Positions 51,800 to 64,000 of a stretch of DNA of 64,000 nt are shown in pieces. The stretch is from Octopus vulgaris (Eukaryota): positions 57,288,001 to 57,352,000 of the forward strand of contig OX597832.1 in assembly GCA_951406725.2 (NCBI GenBank). The letters run 5' to 3'. Numbering within the stretch: the first letter of the stretch is position 1; each line of letters opens with the position of its first letter. Made by a program: the position numbers and the translations under genes. The notes beneath the pieces are model-generated. The model was not told the DNA's origin. It did not search any database and saw nothing but the letters and a program-made list of their open reading frames with translations.

Positions 51800-52829
51800 G
51801 TAAGAGGAAGAACTTATTCATTAGTGAAAGGCAGTTTAGACATTTCTAACAGTAAAAAAAAAAAAAATAATAATAATAATAATGATAGTAATACAACAAC
51901 AACAATAATAATAGGTGTTGGGAAGCCACTCGGCAAGAAATGGAAGCAAAATTGAAAGAATAATAATAATGATATGATGATGATGACGATGATGATGATG
52001 ATGATGGAGATGATGAAATGAAAAAAAAATACGTAAAGTAAAAAAAAATGCTGCTACCTGAAAGTCTATTTGGCAAGATCATGGAATGAGATATTTTTCT
52101 AAATATTTATTAGCCAAGACAAATGTTGCAAAGAAAGAATTAAAGTTGAAGAAAAAAAGGAAACAAAAAAAAATTACAAAAAACAAACAAACAAAGAAAA
52201 CAGCTCCCCACCAAAGAACTTGTTGTTGCGATGGAAGTGCTCAAAAGAACTGTGTATTTGAGCACATGTATGTGTGTGTGTGTGTATATATGTATGTATG
52301 TACATGTATGTATGTATGTATGTACGTGTATGTATGTATATATGTGTGTGAGTATATATATATATATGTATGCATGTATGTGTAAATTTGTATATATATA
52401 TATATGTATGTATATACATATATATATATATATGTATATACATATATATGTATGTATATACAAATATATGTATGTATATACATATATATATATATATATG
52501 TATATATAAGCACATATATATGTTTACATATCTATGTATATCAATGTATCCAAATATGTATATATTTATGCGTGTATATATGTATATGTGTGTATATATG
52601 TGTATACATGTGTATGTGTGTGTGTATATATGTATATATTTGTATACATGTGTATATATGTGTATATATGAAGATATGCATATATGTATGTACAAGTGTG
52701 TATATATGACTAAATGTGTTTATATATATGTATATACATATACATACACACATATATATATACATATATATATATGTATGTATCTATATATATATATGTA
52801 TATACATACGCATATGCACACACACACAC

Positions 52830-52881
<52 letters not shown>

Positions 52882-54180
52882 AATATGCAAGAATTCTTTC
52901 TTTTAAAGCTGTAGTCTAATAGAGATTCAAAGGAAGAATGTGAGTTCATAATTTCTGTGTAGATTCCTATGTGTAAGAATGGTTTGGTAAAAAAAAAAGT
53001 AAATAAATAAATAAAGAATAAAAAATTACAGGAAAAGACAAAAATAAAAAACAAAAAACAAAAAAAAAACTCACAAAAACGTGTTGGTGGCATAACAGTT
53101 TGAAAGAATAATAATATGTGCAGGTTTTTGTGCATACTTGTAATGTTGCGCATGTGTGTGTGTGTGTGTGTGTGTGTGTTTTAGAAAGTGAATATTGCAT
53201 AAAAACTCTAGATAAGAGCTTACACTTGTATCTTCAAGCAAGCATGAATAAATAAGAAACTCGGCGTGTACAGATGTGCGTATGTGCGTACACAGAGGCA
53301 AAAACGCATGCACACAGCTGTGTGTATAAGAGAGAGTATGTGTGTGTGTGTGTGTGTACAGATGCACAGACAACCGCATGTACAAATACAATGAACTCTA
53401 GTGTACATTGCCAGGGATATTATTTTAACTCCCTGAAAAATCAATGAAATCTACACACACATACACTATATATATATATATATATATACATACATACACA
53501 CATATATACACACACACACATATATATATACTGACATGCACACATACACACATGTATATACACTATCTGAACACACAAAGGCATACACTCACAGTCTATT
53601 TTACAAGCACATGTATATATACACACATGCTCACCAGACATCTACACACAGACACGCTATATCTATTTCTTTACTACCCACAAAGGGGCTAAACACAGAG
53701 GGGGCAAACAAGGACAGACAAACGGATCAAGTCGATTACATTGACCCCGGTGCATAACTGGTACTTAATTTATCGACCCCGAAAAGATGAAAGGCAAAGT
53801 CGACCTCGGCGGAATTTGAACTCAGAACGTAACGGCAGACGAAATACAGCTACACATTTCGCCCGGCGTGCTAACGTTTCAGCCAACTTCGCCGTATAGA
53901 TATAGACACGCTATATCTATATATACGTGTATGTGTGTATATACATTTGGATTCACTTCTTACCTCAAGTCCATGATATATACACCCATAGACACATGCT
54001 CTGTTTTACAAGCACGCACACTTTAGTACACATTTACACACTTTCACAGACACACACACACACACACATACACACAAAACAACACAAACATCACATTTTC
54101 CAATCACTACTCCTATATCTTTGTGTATTTAAATGCATATATTTATATTTGTATTCGTTAATACTACTATTTAGTATCTA

Positions 54181-54228
<48 letters not shown>

Positions 54229-54867
54229 GGTGCAGGCGTGGCTGTGTGGTAAGAAGCTTGCTTCCCAACCTCATGGTTCCATATTCAGTCCCACTGCCTG
54301 GCACTTTGGGCAGGTGTCTTCTACTATGCCCATGGGCCGTCCAAAACCTTTTAAGTGGATTTGGTAGACAGAAACTGAAAGAAGCCTGTCATATATATGT
54401 GTGTGTATGTGTATTTGTGTGTCCGTGTTTTCCTCCCAACCGATGTTGTTTATATTCCTGTAGCTTAGTGGTTCAGCAAAAGAGATGGATAGAATAAGTA
54501 CTAGGCTTACAAAGAATAAGTTCTGGGGTTGATTCGTTTGACTAAAGGTGGTGCTCCAGCATGACTGCACTCAAATGACTGAAACCAGTAAAAGAATAAA
54601 AGAATATATATGTGTATATGTGTGTGTGTTTCCATACATGGCTTTAACATTACTGTAACTGAAATATTGTTTAATAAATTCTTGGATCTCTCATAGAAAT
54701 TATTGATTTTCACTGGTAAAATTAACCCTTTCCTATAATAGTCTCCTGTAGATTGCCCCTAATTCTCTTGTTCAAATTGTACATTTTAAAGTTGCTACCT
54801 TTGGAATATCAACTAATAAAAACAAATTTTGAAGAAAACTTCCAAACACAAATAATAATAATGATAA

Positions 54868-54927
<60 letters not shown>

Positions 54928-54938
54928 AAATAATAATA

Positions 54939-55440
54939 GGCACACCCCTGGAAAGGTCTCAGAAAATGACAAAGCAACCATACTCTGGTATATGCCAATA
55001 TGTACAGATAGAGAAATCAAGGCTAATATACCAGATATAGTTATCAGAGATCACCAAGGAAAAAGATGCTTTCTAATCGATGTATCAAACAGATGACAAT
55101 GTTTCTCTAAAAGAAATGGAGAAACTTTCAAAATAGAAAGATCTGGAAATAGAGGTAACTTGAATGTGGAACCTAAAAACAGAAACAGTTCCTATAATAG
55201 TAGGTAAATTAGGTATGATAAAAAAAATGAACATTCAGACAAATGCATAACCAAAACACCAGGACATATAAATGTATATAACATACAGAAAATAGCACTA
55301 CTGGGCACTGCACACATCCTATGCAAAACACTTTCAATACAGTAACTATAAGAGCATCACAACAAACAACAGCACATACCCAAGGCACACAGAGCTGCAC
55401 TCGGTAGTCCAGTGAAAGCATGTGATAGAGATAAGACTAA
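54939..55440 (+). mobile_element. R4/Dong-clade non-LTR retrotransposon 3' fragment (restriction-like endonuclease domain)
   Basis: Degenerate KATILW.MPI.TDREIKAN.PDIVIRD...LIDVS...KE.EKLSK.KDLEIEV...IQKIALLGTAHIL. It sits directly after an (AAT)n tract, the known Dong-type target. Confidence 0.85.
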
Positions 55441-56054
55441 TCATCATCATCATTGTTGTTTTTTAACATCCACTTTCCATGCTGGCATGGGTTGGGCGGT
55501 TGGACTGAAAAATGGTAAGCTGAAGGGGCTGCACGATGTTCCAATCTGATTTGGCAAGGTTTCTTGCTATGGCTGGATGTCATTCTTAATGCCAACCACT
55601 CTGAGAGTGTAGTGGATGCTTTTTACGTGCCACCAGCACAGGTGTCATTGACCTGACAATGGCATCGGCCATGACTATGGTCTCACTCGGCTTGAGAAGT
55701 CAACAGGAGCATGGTGTATCACCAAGAGTCTTGGTCACCTGTCACTGACTCCATGAGTCAAGTAGTAGTAATGGTAGTAGTAGTAGTAGCAGCAGCAAAA
55801 GCTGGTAGAATCATTAGCATGCCAGACAAAATGCTTACTCTTTTACTCTGTTAATTGTTTCAGGCATTTTGACTGCGGCCATGCTGGAGCATCGTTTTTA
55901 GTCAAGCAAATCAACCCCAGGACTTATTCTTTGTAAGCCTAGTACATATTCTATCGATCTCTTGCCAAACAGCTAAGTTACGGGGACGTAAACACACCAG
56001 CATTGGTTGTCAAGCGATGCTGGGGGAAACATACACACACAAACATATACACAC

Positions 56055-56085
<31 letters not shown>

Positions 56086-56086
56086 T

Positions 56087-56142
<56 letters not shown>

Positions 56143-56473
56143 CAGGCTTCTTTCAGTTTCCATCTACCAAATCCACTCACAAGGCTTTGGTCGGCCTGAG
56201 GCTATAGTAGAACACACTTGCCCAAGGTGCCAAGCAGAGGGGCTGAACCTGGAACCATGGGGTTAGTAAGCAAGCTACTTACCACACAGCCACTCCTACG
56301 CCTAATGCTAACAATTCTGCCAGCTTCACCATCTTGTATAATAATAATAATAATTATAATGATAATAATAATCTGTTATCTACTCATCGTATATCACAGT
56401 TGTGAATCATATTGCATGAGGCTTGAAGTACCAGATACTAAATGCTGTGGAGGTATTTCTTTGAACTACTAGA

Positions 56474-56504
<31 letters not shown>

Positions 56505-57067
56505 TCTGCAGACATTCCTGATATTCTAACCTGTTCACATCAATACAGGCTCCATTACACTCAAATATTTCCAAGAATAAACTTGCACAGCGCCACCTAT
56601 TTACTTAATGCAATGCAAATATATTGCCCTAACCGAAGTAGACGGAGAAAGTAGCTTAATGTGATAGCATTGATTCGCTTTTAACCTGACACAATTAATG
56701 GTCAAGCTAAGAGATGAACGCAGTTGACCATTATGCAAGCTGGAACTGATTCGCTGTAAATATTTAATGCGGCTAAGCTCTCCTGTTATATTTCGGTATA
56801 AACTGGAGCCGGTGTCTGTTCTGGAAGTTGCATTTAGGTGCACGTTGTCGGTGTGTTTGTTAAGTAGATGCGGTCGAGATTGTTCTTTTGTCTGAGCTTA
56901 TTGTTGCAATCAGCATGGACGAGTCGACTACCGAGATGATGCTGACGCAGGAGACGGTTGCTTTTAGGCGATTGCACATCATTAAAGATAGAATACGAAC
57001 AGCATTTGGTAAGAAGGTGGGGGTAATTGGAACTTATACATGGATACATCAAGAAACAAATACTTAA

Positions 57068-57117
<50 letters not shown>

Positions 57118-58268
57118 AAATATTATCGTAATCATCATCGTTTTTGTAACATCCACATATTCAAGCTTGCATGGGTCAGATGGAATTGGTGAAGCAGATT
57201 TTTTTTCTATGGCTGGATGCCTTTCCTGTTGGCAACCCCCACCAATTTCCAAGTAAGGTAATATTTCCTCATGACTGGACATGCTTAGCATGGGGGTGGG
57301 GTGTTTGGAAACAAAGTGCTCCAATGGAATGATGGCATCAGACATTTACAGAAACCAACACAACACAACACAACACACACAATGGGCTTCTTTCAGTTTC
57401 TATTTAGCAAACCCACCCACAAGGCTTTACTCAGCCCAGGGCTATAGTAGAAGATACTTGCCCATGTTGCCACACAGTGAAAGTGAACCATGCACACAAA
57501 GAAACAAATTTTTTTCAGAATCTTCATAGTTTTCTACGTATTTCGCAAAAAAAAAAAAAAAAAAATTCCAGAAAAAGTGAAAAGTGAAGAAATTTTGAAA
57601 ATGCAATTTTTGAAAAGTTTTTTTTTCAGAATCGGATCCTCCCATAACCGACAATGTGGGATTCCATTAAAAAGAAAAAAGAAATCAATATATATCCGTT
57701 TTACCTGAAGTAATGACGGAAAAATCGGATCTTGTGAATTTTCTGACCCCCCCCCCCCCCGGGTTGTCAGCGCCCATTTTTTTTCATATTCATTTTCCAC
57801 ACACTTGTATGTACCTCGCAAGGCTGGTTTATTTTTTTTATTTCGTTCCCAGGTGAAGGTCTTTATATTGATTGTTAAAGTTTATGGGAAATAATTGCTC
57901 ATACTTCTATGATACACAACTTCATTTATACAATTCTAAACAATATTTAATTACAAAAATTAAAAAAGTTTTTTTTTTACAAAAAAAACATAGAATTACT
58001 TTGAGGGTCCAGGAGAGTAAAATAAGAATCAAATGAGTCGGGATAAAAAAATGGTTGAGAACCCCTGTTTTAGAACTTCACTTTATTTGGGTCTCAATAA
58101 TTTTTGTGTAAATTTAACAAAGAAAATACGTTCCATATTGTTGAAATGGTGAGAAATCTAGATTCTCAAGAATTATGTTAATAATATACCAAAAATACCA
58201 AGAAAATAAATGTTAGATTCCTCACCGAAATTTGTAAAAGTTTAGAGTATGATGCTAAAAGTAATATC

Positions 58269-58315
<47 letters not shown>

Positions 58316-61300
58316 GTTATTATTATTATTATTATTATTATTTGTAGTAGTAGTAAAATGGTGAATAATATTTAGAATACATCACAGTGATATTATGTAA
58401 ATTAGTGCTGATATTTAAACAGTTTATATGTCAAAGGTCATTTATAGGTCATAGCAAGCATCTTGTTAAGTAGTAGATAGGTGAAGTATCAAAGAATTGG
58501 TGGTTATTGAAGAACGTTATTACCAGAGTTACACACCAGCTGCAGTGTTGGAATAATTATGGTTGTAATTATGGCAAGTGCCATACAGCAAGAGGCAGCA
58601 GTAAGCTGTCTCTAGTTTGAGACTTTGATGTGGTTTTTATTTCTTAAAGCCATTTCACTTTGCTTATGTTTCTTACTAATGGGTCAATATAATTCATTCA
58701 TTCATTCATTCATTAATTCATTCATTCATTCTTCATCTTAATGTCCACTTTTCCATGCTTGCTTGGGTTATGCAGAATTGGCCAAGGCGGGTTTTCTGCA
58801 GCTGGACGATCCTTCCTGTTGCCAACTCTCCTTTCTGTTTGTGAGCAAGGCATTTCTCTCCATAGCCTGACATGTTCCCACAGGGGAATGGAAACAAACG
58901 ACACCACTTGTAAGACAGTGACTCCTGATTTTACAGCTATTGTGCAATGTTAAGAAAAGGAGATGCAAACACAAACACACGTATGCATGCACACATACAC
59001 AATGCATACATACATACACACACATACATACATACATACATGCATACATGCATGCATACATACATACATGCATACATACATACATACATACATACATACA
59101 TACATACATACATACATACATACATACATACATGGTGGTTGTCTACTCCTTATACAGAGTTTTGACCATCTCCTGTACCTACACCTCAGCACCATCATTA
59201 TATCTGATGTGGCTTTTTAAACTGTAGAATGTTCTGAAAAGACTTCCACATAGATTACACCTCTGATTTGGACCACCAAGAGCTGCAGATAAGTTCTGCT
59301 CTTTGTGGATCTTAAAATGTCACTTGAGGCCTCCGTTGGATTTGCAAACCTTCTGGCATACACTGAATTCAAAGGTGTGCATAGACGTATAGGCAGAATA
59401 GTTGGTGGAGGTTCATTTTCCATGCATTTGCAGATGAGATTTGAGGCCAGCCAAAGACAGGCATGGTCTGTCACAGACTATGTATATATATATATACACA
59501 CACACACACATTATTTAAAACTGTTTGATTTGGCTTCATTTGACTAAGTTTTACAGGACAAGCTCAAAGAGTTTGATTTGGCTTCATGCGACTTTAAGGA
59601 TTTTAAGGATTCTAACAGATACCTGGTTCTAGGCTCAGATTACCAAATGAATAAATACAGAAAGTTCCCAAAGAATCCCGCTCACCACATGGCTATGATC
59701 CTCCCCCACTACTTCAGCTCATGATCAAAGATGCACATATCGTCAGCCACTAAGGGACATGCTCTACTGGTTACAGTCAAACAGCTGACAAGCAAATCTG
59801 TGGTTTTGAGCTGAATATTTGCTGTAGCCCATCTTTTATACCAAAACAAAATATGTACATGATGACACTTCCAATCAGTTAAAATCAGAGGCCATGAGAG
59901 CCACTACCTGGTATTGCATCAGGGCAAAGTCACTATCTGATACTGCATTATTATTATTATTGAGTGAGAGAGCAGTGCATGCCATCAAAGTGACACTGGG
60001 GTAAAATATACGAAGTCCAGTATACCCATCATGACTACCCGTCTGATAAGGGTACACTAGGCACATGCATCACAACCACGTGTGAACGGCATGGTGATCT
60101 CCTATCACGATAAACAGCGCATGACCTTGCAGGTGGGGCCCAGATAGAATTTTCTTCTGGTCAAGTTTATTATTATTATTATTATTATTATTATTGTTAT
60201 TATCATCACCATTGTTATAAGCTATTTTTGTCTGTACATCTAATTATTTTTCTATTTTTATTCACCGTACCGATGTTGGGTGCAATCAATTTCAATGTCA
60301 GATAGTTATTTTATATGTTTTTCTTTATTTTATTTGTATTTTTGTTTTCTCTTTTACATAATTACAGCCAAGTTTAAACATATAATTGGCAGCGAATAGT
60401 TTTGTATTTTTTGTTGTTGTTGTTGTTAGTTTATGGTAGCAAATTGAGTCGAACGGTTGGTTGTTGTTGCGCCATTATTACCTGTTGAGAACATGCAAAC
60501 ATTGGCGATAATGTTTTGGCATTGCTGTTGTATTTATTTATTTATTATTATTTTTTTCATTTTTTGGTTTCTTCTCTTTTTCTGCTGCTTTTTTTTGGTT
60601 AATTTGCCTTCAAATTTATGCCTTCCCACCTGATTTCCTTGCTGGTTTTGGCTGACTGACTTCCTGATGTAGCCTGCTAGGAATGCCAAGCACAAGCTAC
60701 TTCCACCCCCCACCCGTCCTCCTCCTCCTCCTTGCATAGTAGACAACTACACACAGCAGTTATACTTGTTTGCTCTCGGCTATACACAATAGATTTAATT
60801 AATTTTATCTAATTGATGGCCTTTTTATTGAAATCGGCTGGTCCTGCACCGGAGCTGTACAATCTAGCGTTACCTTCCCTACATTATATTTGCACGACTA
60901 ACCAATTCCTATCGATTTTTGATCTTTTCTTGTTATACTTTCACCAAGCGGATTGTAAAGCAAATTTGGAAGAAAATAATAAGGAAGGACAGGGGAAAAA
61001 GTGTGGAAAAAATTTAGTTGTTTTATTAAGAAAACATGATAAATTTCAATGTCCAAATACCATTTGGATATGAATGGTGTCTGTTTAAGAATTATTAAAG
61101 CTCTTTACATTTCACACTACAGCACACCAAACTACCAAATCTTTAATCTCTAATCCTGTTCTTTGACATATAATTCTTTATCAATGCATTCACCGAACCT
61201 TAGAAATGGAAACTGTCATGCTTTTTTTTTCTTATTTGTGTATTTTCATTTCAAATTCTAACACTTAATGTTCTCACTTTTCTGTTTATTTTTTTAATTT

Positions 61301-62632
61301 TTTATTAAAAAAAAAAATTTTTTTACATAGAAAACAAAATGATTTGGTGTTATTGATCTATCTAATGATTATGAGTTCAATATTTTGCCACTTATAGGCA
61401 GAAACATATTAGACGTCGTTAGCCTAAACGATTCCCAGCTAAAGCTAGGTACCATTTTCACATATCGGCTCAGTAATTTGCACTAACGAGGGCAACAGAT
61501 TGTAAAAGTAATGTTTCACAGACCACGTGAACCATTTTGTTGGGAAGGAGAACAAGAAAAAGAGGAAGAAGAAGAAGGAAAAAATTGTTGAGATCATCAT
61601 CATCATTTTACTGACCATTTTTCCATGCTTACATGGATTAGAAGAAGTTTGTTGAAGCAAATTTTCTATGGCTGGATGCTCTTCCTGTTACCAACCCTTG
61701 CCTGTTTCCTGGCAAGGTGGTATTTTCTTACGGTCAGACATGTTTTTTGCAGAATATTGGGACCAAGTGACATTCATTTACAAACCATCACACAGTGTCA
61801 ATACAAGGAAATACAAACATGCACTCAGTTAGGATTTTGCTTCTCAACCACCCCAGCTTCATGGGGTTTTGGGTTCAGGCCCATTGTATGAAACCTAGCC
61901 CTGGGTTCATCAAAGCCCTGTGAGGGGATTTAATTGACAGGAACTGAAAGAATCCCACTGTACACACACACACACACACACTGTTGTGTCTGAGGAGAGT
62001 CATTTTCTTTTTGTGCCTTATAATGTAACACACTCACTGGTAAAATTTCCACTTATTTCTTATTTTTATTTCCTAAAATTTTCGTTGTATCTTGCAACCT
62101 TTTCAATAGTCTTGACTCTGTCTGTTATTTACACTGCATTCCTTTTTGTTTATTTGTGCATATGTGTGTGGGTCAATGTGTGTGTGTGTGCCTATGCGTG
62201 CATGCATGTACGTATGTATGTGTGTATGTATGTATGCATGTGTGTGTATGTATGCATGTGTGTGTATGTATACATGTGTGTGTATGCATATGTATATACA
62301 CGTATGTATGTGTGTGCATCTGTATGTATGTATTCTGCATATTCATGTGCTTGCATGTCTGTGATTATGTATTTTCTATTTATGTGTGTGTGAGTGTGTG
62401 TTTGTATATGTATGCACATCTGTCTCCTTGTGTGTGTGTGTGTGTGTGTGTTATGCAACTATGTACCATGTTTCTTTGTATGGATGTGTATCTCTATGTG
62501 TGTGAACACGTTTCTCCATATGTGTCCTTGTGTGAAGTAAAGTGTGTGTATATATATGGTCATGTGTTTCAGTCTTCATTTGCGTATGTATGCTTGTCTG
62601 TTCATATAAACTATGTACCTATCCACCTGTAT

Positions 62633-63060
62633 GTTGTGAACAACATGTTTTGAAGTTATGGATTTCATGTAATAAGAGTGGAGGAACTGCACTCTATTGT
62701 TCACAGTCTCTAACCAAAGTTCAGTATCAAGTACAGGGAATCTATTGTTGGGGTGCTTAGTGTGGTAATCTATTGTTACCTTGATACTTTGGTGGATGGA
62801 GTTAGCTATTTGCTGGATGCTCTCCATTACGTTCTTCTCAGTCTCTACATTACTGTCACTGGAGTTGGTCCTAACTATGATATTAATGCCATCTACTGTA
62901 GAGTAGAAGAGTTGTGGATTGTTCAGCTAAGTATTGTTTAAGTTTTCTGTCCCACCAGGTCCATGAAGAGGCTAGCCACATCTCCAGCTACACTGATGGG
63001 TGCACCTTGAACCTGTATGTATAGTTTGTTGTTAAACTTTACTGTGTGGTTCTTCAAGGG
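62633..63060 (-). mobile_element. Penelope-like element reverse transcriptase fragment (possibly Naiad/Chlamys type)
   Basis: Translated pieces KNHTVKFNNKLYIQVQGAPISVAGDVASLFM and IANSIHQSIKVTIDYHTKHPNNRFPVLDTELW...YYMKSITSKHVVH resemble PLE RT motifs. Internally deleted. Confidence 0.7.
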
Positions 63061-64000
63061 CTGGCCCCTATTGCATGTGCAACCATTTCTTTCACCTGAT
63101 TGTTGTTCTCAGGGTTTTGGGTGGGTGTGGTCCAGCCACTCCAGCGAACATGTGGTATAAAACCGACAAAAGCACCACAGAGCGCTGGAGTGATTTTATA
63201 TGTGTGTGCATACAGAGAGAAAGGGAGAGAGAGAAAGAGAGAGAGGGAGAGAAGGAAAGAGAGAGAGAGAAGGAAAGAGAGAGAGAGAGAGAAGGAAAGA
63301 GAGAGAGAGAGAATTGAAAAATTGATTTATAAACAACAGAGCCTGAATATATAGTAATTCAGGGCTCAATTAAAAACAGGTCGCTAAATTGGAACAGATT
63401 ATTACATTGCAGTAAATCCAGTAATTATCTATTTGGTGGTATCTATCTGAATGAAACAGCTGTTGATCAGAAATAGAGTATGGAGTACGTTTGAAATTTT
63501 TGCTTTTATGCAAAATATGTTGCTCCTAAATACACACACACATATACACACACATACACACACCCACACACAAAACAATTCTTCGAATGAAGACAGGAAA
63601 AGATGCAGACATTTTTGTGGTGAAAATTTCCTCGAATTAGCATTAAGTTTTCCGTTGTTCTTTTTTTACGTCTTTTTAACGAGACACAATATTCCAGACT
63701 AATGACATGAAATTAAATAAAGTTGGCGGATCGGGGGTACATCTGACAGACTTTGATTTTTCTTTCTTTGTTACATTTTTTGTCTTATCAGCACTTCAGT
63801 GTCTTTTAGCAATTTCTGTATCAATTTAATTCTTCTTCTAATAGGTTGATATGCTCACTACACTCACATTATGGGAAATGAGAATGTAACATTGCTTATT
63901 TTAGTGCACTCAAAGTCAGTTTCAAAGAAAGCTGGAAAATATTTTAAAGTAGACTATTGTTATCGGAATGTATTAACGATATATTGAGTGGCAGCGAAAT

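Noticed and set aside
60732-60752. TTGCATAGT, a miR-153-like start
   Set aside because: Only 9 nt match and there is no hairpin.
51800-64000. IFT80 exon 7 (VWDxxGRxL...)
   Set aside because: I searched by eye and did not find it. It is presumed to lie beyond the window, so no feature is called.

Overview
This is eukaryotic, AT-rich, microsatellite- and SINE-dense genomic DNA. The repeat families suggest an octopus (coleoid cephalopod) genome, which is an inference. Two intron-rich genes lie head-to-head. The plus strand carries the first six coding exons of IFT80 (intraflagellar transport 80; 15289-51799, 213 codons, gene continues beyond the window), whose first coding intron is a minor-spliceosome (U12) AT-AC intron. 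The minus strand carries two coding exons of a CXorf58-like gene (5835-5927, 3780-3874), with a probable 5' exon near 12360 next to a consensus RFX X-box. The rest is a mosaic of tRNA-derived SINEs, fragments of RTE, CR1, R4/Dong and Penelope-like retroelements, mariner/maT, piggyBac-type and unclassified DNA elements, tRNA-Asp pseudogenes and simple repeats. Most ORFs in the supplied track are microsatellite artefacts. The most notable observations are a candidate restorative A-to-I recoding site in IFT80 (AGG at a conserved Gly), the U12 intron, the X-box/head-to-head arrangement hinting at a ciliary role for the CXorf58-like gene, several hammerhead-ribozyme motifs (some inside palindromes), and candidate poison or cassette exons. 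I see no convincing wholly new system. Protein and family assignments come from recalled sequences, not database searches.
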